Below, one piece after another: positions 30,961 to 40,460 of a DNA stretch of 64,000 nucleotides. The stretch's first letter is position 1, and each line of letters begins with the position of its first letter. The notes under the pieces were generated by a model. It searched no databases, was not told the DNA's origin, and saw nothing but the letters and a program-made list of their open reading frames with translations. Origin of the DNA: a bacterium (GTDB lineage: Bacteria > SZUA-182 > DTGQ01); contig JBFMGO010000021.1 in the NCBI GenBank assembly GCA_040752695.1, positions 1 to 64,000 of the forward strand, in the 5' to 3' direction. A program made the translations under genes and the position numbers.

Positions 30961-32043
30961 TTATGTAGGGATGGTCATGAACAGGTAGAGAGCGAAACAA
31001 AAGAAGATCGCATTTCCCAGCCAGGCAGCTAGGACCGGAGGGATAGCTCCTGCGTGGCCGAGCGATACGCTGATGAAAAAAACCACCCAGTACAGAAAAC
31101 TGATCAATAACCCCAGTCCGATGTTGAACAGCCGGGCGCTTCTATCGATTTTTACGGCAAAGGATATGCCGATCAGGGCCATGATAAAGGTAATAAAAGA
31201 CATCGAAATCTTTGAATGCAGGTCTACCCGGTACTTGTTCGTCCGGTATCCAGCCTCTTGCAGCCGCTCGATATACTGGGATAATTCCTGGTACGTCATC
31301 TCTTCGGGAAGTTTTTGCAGGCTGAACAGATCCTCGAATGGCTCAGGGATGGGAAAGGTTGCCTGCTCAAACTCCCGAAAGGATATTTTCGAAAGCCGAT
31401 CAGGGCCAAACGTGCGCTCAATTCCGTGGTAAAAATACCAGGTACCATGGCGATACGCACCTCTTTGCGCATCAACTCTGCGGATCACGTGAAATTGAGA
31501 ATCGAGTTCAAAGAAGATGATACCATGTATCTCCTGAAATTCAGCGTTTACCAGTTGCACATTAAAAATGCGCTTCTTGCTTCCCCAAAACCAGGTCTGG
31601 CTTTTCTTAAGACTTTTCCCCGGTTTTTTCCCTGCCATAAGGTTTTGGTAATACAACGCCATTTGATTGCTTCTGGTCAGTATCGTCTCCCGAAAGACGA
31701 AGGAAAGAGCGCATACAAGAGCGGCGATGACTAAGAGGGCGTAAGAGGCTCTATAGAGGCTGATTCCGCCCGCTTTGATCGCTAAGAGCTCCCTGTTGCG
31801 CGACAAAAGGCTTAAGGTCAAAAGAACGGCGATCAGAAAGGCCACAGGCAGGATCTGTAACAGGATCTGAGGCATGCTATAATAAAGATACTTCAGGGCA
31901 TAACCGATACCGTGACTGGACTTGCCCACATCGTCTATCTTTTCGAAAAATTCGATAATGCTATAGATCCCGATCAGGCTTGTAATCGTGAGGGCGAGTG
32001 AGCGGAAAAACTCTTTTGCCAGGTATCGATCTAAGATACGCAT
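30961..32043 (-). CDS. lptG: LPS export permease LptG
   Basis: MRILDRYL, ELLAIKAGGISL, AWLGNAIF; follows lptF. Confidence 0.88.
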   Translation of the reverse strand: MRILDRYLAKEFFRSLALTITSLIGIYSIIEFFEKIDDVGKSSHGIGYALKYLYYSMPQILLQILPVAFLIAVLLTLSLLSRNRELLAIKAGGISLYRASYALLVIAALVCALSFVFRETILTRSNQMALYYQNLMAGKKPGKSLKKSQTWFWGSKKRIFNVQLVNAEFQEIHGIIFFELDSQFHVIRRVDAQRGAYRHGTWYFYHGIERTFGPDRLSKISFREFEQATFPIPEPFEDLFSLQKLPEEMTYQELSQYIERLQEAGYRTNKYRVDLHSKISMSFITFIMALIGISFAVKIDRSARLFNIGLGLLISFLYWVVFFISVSLGHAGAIPPVLAAWLGNAIFFCFALYLFMTIPT

Positions 32044-32059
32044 GGTGAATTCCACTTTT

Positions 32060-33139
32060 TCATTGCTCCATCCTTCTGAGCAGAAGACCGCTTACTATAA
32101 GGAGGATAAGGTTTGGCATCCACATGGCCAGCCAGGCAGGCAGCCACCCTCCATAAACCGCAGCCCTTCCTGCGGCCAGAAGTGAGTAATAACTTAAAAT
32201 GATAATTAAACTCAAGCCAAACCCGCTGAACCGGCTGCTCTTGCGGTTCTGAACTCCAAGAGGGCACCCTGCCAGAGCAAAGACAATGCAGGCAAAGGGG
32301 ATAGAAAATCTCGTATGCCATTCGATAAGAAGCTTGTAAGAGGGATCACCTGATTTTTGCTGCTCCTTGAGGTAATGATAAAATTCCTTCATGCTCATGG
32401 TACGAAAATCATCCGTATCACCAATACTGTCCCCGGAAATCAGAATATCATACGTTGAAAAGGTAAGACGCTGGTATTCTTTCGGATTTTTGGGGTTATT
32501 CCGGTGAATTGTCCCATCCTCAAGACGCAGGACCAATTTAAATACTCGATCATCGGCGATCAGCCGGCCTTTACGGGCAAAAATGGTGACAACTTCATCT
32601 TTTTTGCGTTGATCCGAAACAATCACCCTGGACAGACGAGAGCCGGAAATTTCCTCTACATAGGTAACCAGTCCGCCAAGATTATCATTAAAGGTTTTTT
32701 CCTGAAGGCTTAAGGTAGCGTTTTTCCAGGTAGCGTGCAGAGCCAACCGCTGAAAAGCGGCGTTCCCTTTCGGAATGAAAACGCAGGAGACAGAAAGGGT
32801 AATGCCAAAAACAACAACAGCAAAAGCCAGGACCGGCGCTATGACACGATGAAGGGGTATTCCACCTGCAACCAGGGCCAGAATTTCGTTATCTGACGAC
32901 ATCCGGCCAAAAAGGATGAGAATGCCGAAAAGAAAAGACATGGGGATGATGAAAACCAAAAGGGATGGCAAAAGATAGAAAAGCAAAAGGGCAACCGTTG
33001 TCCAGGAAACCTGGCTGTTAACGATCAGGTCGGTAAGACGGAGTATGTTGCCCATCAAGAGGACAAACGTAAAGACCAGTATCCCCAGCACAAATGGAGG
33101 GATTAATTGTTTGAGTATGTATCGGTCAAGAACCTTCAC
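32060..33139 (-). CDS. lptF: LPS export permease LptF
   Basis: LDRYILKQLIPPF, GRMSSDNEILAL, RFSIPFAC, MWMPN. Confidence 0.88.
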   Translation of the reverse strand: MKVLDRYILKQLIPPFVLGILVFTFVLLMGNILRLTDLIVNSQVSWTTVALLLFYLLPSLLVFIIPMSFLFGILILFGRMSSDNEILALVAGGIPLHRVIAPVLAFAVVVFGITLSVSCVFIPKGNAAFQRLALHATWKNATLSLQEKTFNDNLGGLVTYVEEISGSRLSRVIVSDQRKKDEVVTIFARKGRLIADDRVFKLVLRLEDGTIHRNNPKNPKEYQRLTFSTYDILISGDSIGDTDDFRTMSMKEFYHYLKEQQKSGDPSYKLLIEWHTRFSIPFACIVFALAGCPLGVQNRKSSRFSGFGLSLIIILSYYSLLAAGRAAVYGGWLPAWLAMWMPNLILLIVSGLLLRRMEQ

Positions 33140-33169
33140 CGCGGGCCATTTGAATGACTATTTTATTTA

Positions 33170-33206
33170 TTTAAAAATAAAGGGGTAGAGCAACTCTACC
33201 CCTTTC
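33170..33206 (-). terminator. Rho-independent terminator of cytochrome c3 gene
   Basis: AAAGGGGTAGAG-caa-CTCTACCCCTTT perfect stem followed by T-rich tail on minus strand. Confidence 0.8.
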
Positions 33207-33234
33207 AAATTAAATTCACCCCAATAAAACCTGA

Positions 33235-33675
33235 TTACTCAGCCTTAGCATGACACTCGTTGCACTTGGTAGGAGCCTTTTTGGCAACAGCATCCTTGTT
33301 GTTCTTGTGACAATCTTTGAAGCAGTTGTTGTGCATGGCGTCCTTCAATGCGACAACTTTCTTGCCGTCTTTCTCATGCTCTTCTGCACCATGGCAGTCC
33401 TTGGTGCTGCATTTATTCGCATTGGCCGTATCGTTATTGTCCTTCATGTTATGATGACATTCCTTACAGCCAGCGGATTCCGCGTGCTTCTTGTGACTCA
33501 GCGTAACGAGCTTCGTTGATGGAGGAATTTTGGTTTTCTTGCCATCCTTGAAACACGTTGCAGGACTGTCGAGCTCGAAAGTGTCTTTAACCTTGGGAGC
33601 ATCAGCAGCCCTGAGAGCGGATACTCCAATCAGCAGCAGAGAAACGCAAAGAATTGCTAATAGAGCTTTTTTCAT
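33235..33675 (-). CDS. Tetraheme cytochrome c3 (class III)
   Basis: Signal peptide; SHKKH; CKECHH, CSTKDCH, CFKDCH, CNECH; Lys-rich; ATG 33675 with GGAGGG. Confidence 0.88.
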   Translation of the reverse strand: MKKALLAILCVSLLLIGVSALRAADAPKVKDTFELDSPATCFKDGKKTKIPPSTKLVTLSHKKHAESAGCKECHHNMKDNNDTANANKCSTKDCHGAEEHEKDGKKVVALKDAMHNNCFKDCHKNNKDAVAKKAPTKCNECHAKAE

Positions 33676-33752
33676 TCTATTCCCTCCTTTCACTATGAGA
33701 TTTCCAGGCTCTTTCGGTTATCGAATACGCCCGGGCCGTGACTTCTCACGAA

Positions 33753-33782
33753 ATTATAGTAAAAATTCCATCTTCCTGTCAA
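33753..33782 (-). promoter_or_regulatory. Consensus sigma70 promoter of cytochrome c3
   Basis: TTGACA-18-TATAAT. Confidence 0.75.
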
Positions 33783-33817
33783 GACACACCAGGGGCAAGC
33801 CCCCGATAACAAAGGCA

Positions 33818-35344
33818 CTAATAATTTTCAATGTTGACCATATTTACAAAGCCGAACTGATTGAGCGGCTGCTCAAAATGTTCGTCATCTCCCAGTACCA
33901 GCAGGATATTGTCCTCCGGTTTCAGATACGTCCTGGCAACCCGCTGTAAGTCCTCCATAGTGACCGCTCGGATAAGATCCTGATACCGGTCAAGATAATC
34001 GGAAGGCAGTCCGCGATACTCCAGGGTAATCAACTGACTCACTATTCCTTCCGAAGAGGAGAAGGAAAAGACAAATTTATTTAAGATCGAGTCCTTGGCC
34101 CATTGCAGTTTTTGAGGTGAAATCTCACCCGCTTTCATTTTTTCCAGAATCTGATAGATCAGATGAGTGGCCAGGATAGTGGTTGAGGAATTGGTAAAGC
34201 AATAAGCGCCGGACACTCCGTAATCGATATTGCCGGTGTAAAAGCTCCCGACACTATAAGCCAGACCGCGGTTAGAGCGGATTTCCTCAGTGAGATAAGA
34301 ATTAAATCCATCACCTCCCAGAAGATGATTCAGAATCAAAAAGGCAAAGTAATCCGGGTGGTTCTGGGGAACCGAGTACCCGCCGGTAACGATGATGGAT
34401 TGCGGTATTTTTTTTACGATATAGTTAACCGACTTTACCGTACGGCCCGGTGGAATGGGAGCGGGAGGAACAGGTGCAGGCAAAGCCGGCCACTCGGCGG
34501 TCAAATCCTCCAGTTTTTCCATAATCTCTTCCGGGCAAAAGTCACCGGAAATTCCCACGATCATGTTATCGGGATGGAAGAACCGCTCATGAATATTGAC
34601 AAGATCCTGACGTGTCAGTTTCTTCACCCCTTCAATGGTTGGCTCGTTGCCCCTCGGGTCACCTTGGTAGAGCAGCTTGCGGAATTCCCTGAAGGCGATA
34701 TCCTGTGGAGAGTCGTTCTTGCGGCGGATGCTCTCGATCAATTTATCTTTGGCCAGGTTCACCTTCTCCTGGCTGAAGGCAGGATTGCGCAGGACATCGA
34801 AAAAGAGTCCCAATCCTTTATCCAGATCCTTAGTCAGTACGGACAGGGAAGCAGTACCCGACTCCCTGTTGATATCCGTGCCGAGGTAGATGGAATGAAA
34901 TTCCAACTCCTCGTCGAGCTGATCTGCGGACAGGGATGTAGTCCCTCCTGTTCGCATGACCACACCGGTCAGATGGGCCACACCGACCTGATCCTGGGGC
35001 TCGTAAACACTGCCTGTGCGGATCAGTGCAGTAACATCGACAATGGGAATTTCGTGGTCGGGCAAAAGGTACACAACCATCCCGTTCTTGAGCTGCTTGC
35101 GCTCCGCTTTCGGAAAGTGAAGCTGCAAGGGAGGATAGGTGAGGCTTCCGGGATGAGGAAGGGCAGGGGGCGATATCCTGGACGCGGTCGGAGTGGTGCA
35201 GGCCGTCAAACAACCTAAAAGGAGAAAGAAGGTGATCACCCGGGCAGCAAAGCTCAGGAAAGAACCGGATGCGGCTTTCTGGGTGAATCTGTGTCTGTGA
35301 TGGTTCAGTTCTCTTTCTCTTATTCTTCCTTTTATTTTTCCCAT
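33818..35344 (-). CDS. M16 peptidase, non-catalytic subunit (probable lipoprotein)
   Basis: LKNGMVV, MRTGGT, EIRSNRGLAYSV; HXXEH replaced by HLTGV; LTAC lipobox-like; start uncertain. Confidence 0.85.
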   Translation of the reverse strand: MGKIKGRIRERELNHHRHRFTQKAASGSFLSFAARVITFFLLLGCLTACTTPTASRISPPALPHPGSLTYPPLQLHFPKAERKQLKNGMVVYLLPDHEIPIVDVTALIRTGSVYEPQDQVGVAHLTGVVMRTGGTTSLSADQLDEELEFHSIYLGTDINRESGTASLSVLTKDLDKGLGLFFDVLRNPAFSQEKVNLAKDKLIESIRRKNDSPQDIAFREFRKLLYQGDPRGNEPTIEGVKKLTRQDLVNIHERFFHPDNMIVGISGDFCPEEIMEKLEDLTAEWPALPAPVPPAPIPPGRTVKSVNYIVKKIPQSIIVTGGYSVPQNHPDYFAFLILNHLLGGDGFNSYLTEEIRSNRGLAYSVGSFYTGNIDYGVSGAYCFTNSSTTILATHLIYQILEKMKAGEISPQKLQWAKDSILNKFVFSFSSSEGIVSQLITLEYRGLPSDYLDRYQDLIRAVTMEDLQRVARTYLKPEDNILLVLGDDEHFEQPLNQFGFVNMVNIENY

Positions 35345-35348
35345 ATTT

Positions 35349-37043
35349 TCACTGTCTGCCCGGCGCCGACATATTCGGGTCTTCCATGTTCGGGTCCGCA
35401 TGAGTGTCCGAACCGTTATCTGCTGCGCTCTTCATACCCATGACCGCAGAAGACCATGCCTGCTCCTTTTTCCCGTCAGTGAGCAGATAAGCCACGGTTC
35501 GATTATCCTCGATCAGGTATTTTCGTACATTTTCCTGTATCTGTTCAGGCGTAATCTTGTCAATAACCTCAAGGTGGTTATCAATATATCTCCAATCCCC
35601 AGCCACGCTCTCAAAGTAGGAAAGCTTACTGGCCAGGCCGGAGTTCGAATTTAAAGATCGGACGAATTCCCCGGATAATTGATTTTTAATTTTTTGTATT
35701 TCCCTATCAGTGACCTGTTCTTTTTTCAACCGTTCGATCTCTTCGTAAATGGCCTGCTCAACCTCCTGAACGGTGTGAGGATAGCGGGGAGTGGCCATAA
35801 CGGTAAAGAGGTTTGCATATCGCGCTCCCGGCATTCCATTGGCCGTATTGACCTGGACGGCGATTTGATCTTTTTCCACCAGGCGTTGAAAGAGCCGGGA
35901 GGTACGGCCACCGGAAAGGATGCCATCGACCAGATCGAAGATATAATCTTCATGACTGGGCAGGGTTGGTTTATGATAGCCGATGACAAGTTGCGGCTGG
36001 GCATCAAGACGAACGGTGACTCTGCGCTCTCCGATCTGGGAAGGCTCCCTGGCAGTCATCACGGGAGGGGATTCCCTGCGGGGAAGAGAGCCAAAATAGC
36101 GCTGTACCAGAGCGATGAATTCTTTCGCCTGCACATCTCCCACTGCTGTAATGACAGCATTATTGGGTACGTAGTAGGTTTTGAAAAAGTCTTCCATTTC
36201 CGCCTTGGAAATGAACTGCACTTCAGATTCCCAGCCTATGACGGGATTCCGGTAAGGGTGAAATACATAGGCGGAAGCTAAAAACTGTTCCCAGAGCATG
36301 CTCATGGGCTCGCTTTCGTGCGTTTGCCGCCGCTCTTCCAGAACCACGTCCCGTTCGGCATAAAATTCTCGAAAAACCGGGTTTTCGAATCGGTCGGACT
36401 CCAGCCGTGCCCACAGCTCCACCCGGTTGGAGGGAAGACTCACATGATACGTGGTCAGATCCGCACCGGTGCTGGCATTCAGTCCCACGGCTCCGTTCGA
36501 AGTATACAAAAGGCTCATCTCGTCACTCACGACATACTGGCTGGCCTGCTTTTGCAGGGCCTTTAATTCATCTTCCAGTTCCTTGAGCACTTCGGGCCGG
36601 TCGCCTTTTTTCCTCTCTGAATCAATTTTTTCCCCGACCCGATCGATTCTGACCAGGAGTTTTTCTTCCTCCGGGAAATTTTTCGTTCCAATGCTGGTCG
36701 TCCCTTTAAAAAGCATATGTTCCAAAAGGTGAGCCAGCCCTTTTCCTCCCTCATCGATCATTCCGACCCGAAATCGAAGATAGAGGGAAACAGTCGGAGA
36801 TTGATGTCTCTCCAGCACCAGCACCTTCATTCCATTGCTTAACGTCTGCTCCACCACCAGGTTCTTCAAATGGGTAGCCCGGCTGGCAGGAACACAGACA
36901 AGGATAATCATCCCAAGGATCAGGAAAGATATTCTTTTCTTCCCCGGAACAGACATTCTTTTTTTCCACCCGCTCATCATCAAGATGCGATCCAGCCTTC
37001 CGAAAAGTTGTTCAGCCGATATCAAAAACGAAAAAATGATCAT
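35349..37043 (-). CDS. M16 zinc peptidase, catalytic subunit (exported)
   Basis: GLAHLLEHMLFKGT, LNAST, ERDVVLEERR, HPY; true start probably downstream of the listed one. Confidence 0.9.
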   Translation of the reverse strand: MIIFSFLISAEQLFGRLDRILMMSGWKKRMSVPGKKRISFLILGMIILVCVPASRATHLKNLVVEQTLSNGMKVLVLERHQSPTVSLYLRFRVGMIDEGGKGLAHLLEHMLFKGTTSIGTKNFPEEEKLLVRIDRVGEKIDSERKKGDRPEVLKELEDELKALQKQASQYVVSDEMSLLYTSNGAVGLNASTGADLTTYHVSLPSNRVELWARLESDRFENPVFREFYAERDVVLEERRQTHESEPMSMLWEQFLASAYVFHPYRNPVIGWESEVQFISKAEMEDFFKTYYVPNNAVITAVGDVQAKEFIALVQRYFGSLPRRESPPVMTAREPSQIGERRVTVRLDAQPQLVIGYHKPTLPSHEDYIFDLVDGILSGGRTSRLFQRLVEKDQIAVQVNTANGMPGARYANLFTVMATPRYPHTVQEVEQAIYEEIERLKKEQVTDREIQKIKNQLSGEFVRSLNSNSGLASKLSYFESVAGDWRYIDNHLEVIDKITPEQIQENVRKYLIEDNRTVAYLLTDGKKEQAWSSAVMGMKSAADNGSDTHADPNMEDPNMSAPGRQ

Positions 37044-37200
37044 AAAACACGTCGATCCGGTAAATTAACCTAATCTGAACAACTTGTCAAGCCGGTTCTT
37101 AGCATATAATTTATTGCCATTGCAATTTTTTTCCTATCCCCACGTGGATCAATCACCAGATTCACTAAAAAAATCATGCTGTTTTTGGTATGCCTCTAAC

Positions 37201-37216
37201 CGGCATATCGCTTGCA
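37201..37216 (+). promoter_or_regulatory. Putative sigma54 promoter
   Basis: CGGCATATCGCTTGCA: GG(37202-3)-N10-GC(37214-5). Confidence 0.6.
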
Positions 37217-37255
37217 TTTTTCTAAAAACCGTAAAGAAACCGTTCTGTTAAGTAC

Positions 37256-37315
37256 CTATCCGAAAAGTTGGGATAGATCCATTTCTGATGCAGTTCGTCA
37301 GGACTTTTCGGATAG
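37256..37315. repeat. Perfect 13-bp inverted repeat, 34-nt spacer
   Basis: ctatccgaaaagt (37256-68) / acttttcggatag (37303-15). Confidence 0.8.
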
Positions 37316-37473
37316 AGCTCTGAACTGACTGCTGATCCCTGGCACTTTATGTTCTTTCGGCACAAAGCTGATTAACAATTACAGGGCCAGTATGGCAGCC
37401 ATACTATGGTGACGAGAGAGCGTCCTTTAAGTATCTATAAAGTATCTTGCGAAAGGTTGAAAGAAGGGATTTT

Positions 37474-39381
37474 ATGACAAAAGGAAGACGACCACGACCA
37501 CTATCCTGCTTTTCCTGTCCGGACCTCGGTTTTGCTCTCTGGGTAGTCCTCGTTTTATTTCTTCTGTGCGGGCATCCGGCCTGTATACATGCCCAGTGGC
37601 TTGCACCGTATCTTTTGTACTCCCCGCAGGGCCTGCAATCGTCGTCTTTATTGTCATCGTTATCACCATCGGTAACATCGTCGTCATCGTCATTCACGAA
37701 CTGGGATCTTTCCCAGGACCTTTCCCAGGGGGCAGGACTTTTCCTGTGGCCCGGCTTTTCCCCTTTTGCGTCCTATCCGCAGGCATCCCTGGCTGCCTCC
37801 CCTGGACCGCTTGCGGGCTGGCAGGGGCTTTTGTCGTACAACTCATGGGGAAATCCACTGGCGTCCCTGGCTGCGTCCCTGACATGGGCAAACCCCTGGT
37901 CAATCTTTTCCCCTCCTTTCACAGCCTATGGTCTCACAGCCTATGGATATGGAATGGCTCTTCCGCTCCTGCAAAATGCTCTTGGCACATCATGGTTAAA
38001 TCCTCTTGCTGCATCGCTTCTGCTTGGTGCAGCCTCTAATTCATCTTTTGCGGCTTCCAACGCACTTCTCCCCGGCACAGCCACTCCTTTACCTTTCGCG
38101 GCTTCCATCGCGCCGCCTGTCGACAGGCGTACGGTCGGCATCGAAACGGGGGGGATTCTCTACAAACTTCCGGCCCGGCAAAGTGCAGGTATGATCTATG
38201 TGCCGGGAGTTCCAGCTTATACGGCAAACCAGGTGATCGTGACCTTCAAGCCCGGAACCCCTTCGCTTGAGGTCGGCAGGGTGTGTGCCAGTAATGGATT
38301 CCGTGAGGCATATACCAGCCCTTATGGCGGTTATACGGTCCTGAACACCACGGGTTCGGTCACGGCCCTCCAGGCCGCAAGGCGGCTGCGTGCCGAGTCT
38401 TCGGTCTTGTTTGCCGAGCCGAACTATCTGCGCCGTGCCCATTTTATCCCGAATGATCCTTACTATAAGTATCAATGGCACCTGCCGCGGTTGAATTGCA
38501 GTTATGCGTGGGATTTCGCTCAAGGCGCGGGAACCCTGGTGGCGCTTTTGGATTCCGGAGTTGCCTTTGAGACGAATGCGACTTTTACTCAGGCACCCGA
38601 CCTTGCCGGGACGCTCTTTGCTCCAGGGTATGATTTTGTCAATAACGACCCCTACCCGGACGATGACTATGGCCACGGCACGCACATGGCAGGCTGTATT
38701 GCCCAGACAACGAACAATTTGACCGGAACTGCCGGAGTGGCTTTCAATGCGACCATCATGCCGGTCAAGATTATGGACAATCTGGGCGGGGTGGTGATTT
38801 CTACCGAGGTTGACGGCATTTACTTCGCCGTCAATAGCGGGGCTAAAGTCATCAGCATGAGTCTGGGCGGCCCCGGCACTTCAGCCACCGAGGCAGCGGC
38901 CATCACCTATGCCTATAACAACGGGGTAACCATTATCTGCTCTGCCGGAAATGCCGGCTCCAGCACGCCTGAATACCCCGCTTCTTATGCTGAGCCGGTT
39001 TCGGTCAGCGCCATTCGCTATGATTATTCTATTCCCTCTTACTCCAATTATGGACAGTATGTCGATGTCTGCGCCCCAGGCGGTGACTTGAGTGTCGATC
39101 AAAACGTCGATGGGTTTGGAGACGGCATCCTGCAGCAGACACATGACGGAAAGAACTACAGTTCGTTTTATTATTACTTCATGGAAGGGACCTCTCCTGC
39201 CTGCGCACTGGTTTCCGGTGTTGCTGCTCTGATTATCGGAAAAAGCACCGTCCCTCTGACTGCTGCCAATGTGGCTGCAATCCTCAAAGGAAGCGCCACG
39301 GACCTTGGCACTACCGGCTGGGACCAGTATTACGGCTACGGCCTGGTCAACGCCTATCTGGCTGTGCTCCAAACCCCCTGA
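37474..39381 (+). CDS. Secreted S8 subtilase with low-complexity N-terminal extension
   Basis: Triad LLDSG, GHGTH, EGTS; SAGN oxyanion; FAEPNY..PNDP propeptide junction; signal IHA|QW. Confidence 0.93.
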   Translation: MTKGRRPRPLSCFSCPDLGFALWVVLVLFLLCGHPACIHAQWLAPYLLYSPQGLQSSSLLSSLSPSVTSSSSSFTNWDLSQDLSQGAGLFLWPGFSPFASYPQASLAASPGPLAGWQGLLSYNSWGNPLASLAASLTWANPWSIFSPPFTAYGLTAYGYGMALPLLQNALGTSWLNPLAASLLLGAASNSSFAASNALLPGTATPLPFAASIAPPVDRRTVGIETGGILYKLPARQSAGMIYVPGVPAYTANQVIVTFKPGTPSLEVGRVCASNGFREAYTSPYGGYTVLNTTGSVTALQAARRLRAESSVLFAEPNYLRRAHFIPNDPYYKYQWHLPRLNCSYAWDFAQGAGTLVALLDSGVAFETNATFTQAPDLAGTLFAPGYDFVNNDPYPDDDYGHGTHMAGCIAQTTNNLTGTAGVAFNATIMPVKIMDNLGGVVISTEVDGIYFAVNSGAKVISMSLGGPGTSATEAAAITYAYNNGVTIICSAGNAGSSTPEYPASYAEPVSVSAIRYDYSIPSYSNYGQYVDVCAPGGDLSVDQNVDGFGDGILQQTHDGKNYSSFYYYFMEGTSPACALVSGVAALIIGKSTVPLTAANVAAILKGSATDLGTTGWDQYYGYGLVNAYLAVLQTP

Positions 39382-39486
39382 TGGGGAGTGTGGGACCAAG
39401 GAGGGGGCGGGAGGGAGGGGGCAGTGAGGAGAGGTTTGGAGTATTTTGGGGTATTATAGTGATGAATACGTGGAGCGAGAATGGTA

Positions 39487-39888
39487 TCAGGTTTGCCTGG
39501 CATGCAGGTAATCTGCCGGAGGGAGAATATGTATGCCCTTTACCGTTTGGCCATAGTATTTACCGAAATGTCTGATGTCACCGGTTAGTAAGTGTGTGGC
39601 CCCGGACTCAATCGCAGCCATGAAGATTGGACGGTCTTTATCTGGAAATTCCATAACTTCCGGTGGGTAAAAGTCCGCTTGCTGTCTGTCGAGGATTTTC
39701 AGGGCACAAGCCAGCCTGTCCAGCCGGATATGCTGTTCAGGTTCTTCAAGGTTAAGTCTGGCTTCCTCAAGAGCGTAGGCAGAAGTGACCAGTTTAACGC
39801 CTTCCAAATGCCACAACCGGAGAAGACCCGCATCTGGACGGTAGGCAGCAGAAAAAAGGATATTGGCATCCAAAAAGACCCGATCCAC
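39487..39888 (-). CDS. PIN-domain toxin (VapC-like)
   Basis: VFLDANILFSA, KDRPI..A, LLTGD..HF. Confidence 0.88.
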   Translation of the reverse strand: MDRVFLDANILFSAAYRPDAGLLRLWHLEGVKLVTSAYALEEARLNLEEPEQHIRLDRLACALKILDRQQADFYPPEVMEFPDKDRPIFMAAIESGATHLLTGDIRHFGKYYGQTVKGIHILPPADYLHARQT

Positions 39889-39891
39889 GTG

Positions 39892-40188
39892 TCAGGCCCC
39901 TTGCGGCTTATGGTGCGGGATTGTGTCCGGATCGAGACCGAGTTTGCGTACTTCTTCCCTGGCTTGTGCATAGTCTTGGGCATTCACGGCATTTGACAAG
40001 AGAAATTCAGCCCGGCGCTCCGGTGTATAGACTTCTAAAGGAATGGCGGCAGCACGACGGATGAGCACTCCTTCTTCCTTTTCCTCAATGATTACCAGAG
40101 AGCCTTCCTCTATGCCGAAACGACGGCGCAAACGTGCAGGGATAACGATAGTTCCCCTTTTTCCTACCTTGCCCATTTCTCCTATCAT
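39892..40188 (-). CDS. AbrB/MazE-family antitoxin
   Basis: KVGKRGTIVIPARLRRRFGIEEG; 3 nt upstream of PIN gene. Confidence 0.88.
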   Translation of the reverse strand: MIGEMGKVGKRGTIVIPARLRRRFGIEEGSLVIIEEKEEGVLIRRAAAIPLEVYTPERRAEFLLSNAVNAQDYAQAREEVRKLGLDPDTIPHHKPQGA

Positions 40189-40460
40189 AGATCATAGTCC
40201 TTCCCTTGAAAATAGCTATTTCTCAATGCCTGATTATCGGAATATCCATAATTCAGAATTATTTTAGCATCCTTTTTCAGCAAGAGTCAAATAGAATAGA
40301 TTCTTTTTTAAGAGCATGTCGGATGTATATGTTAACAATATCCGCCCGGCTTCCGAAATGAGGTGTGTCTATGATTAAACTGGAAGTAAGCAAGAACATG
40401 AGTATACTGCTCATTCAAGATCTGAACCCTAAACAGGGTAATGTAAACTTTTAAAAAATG

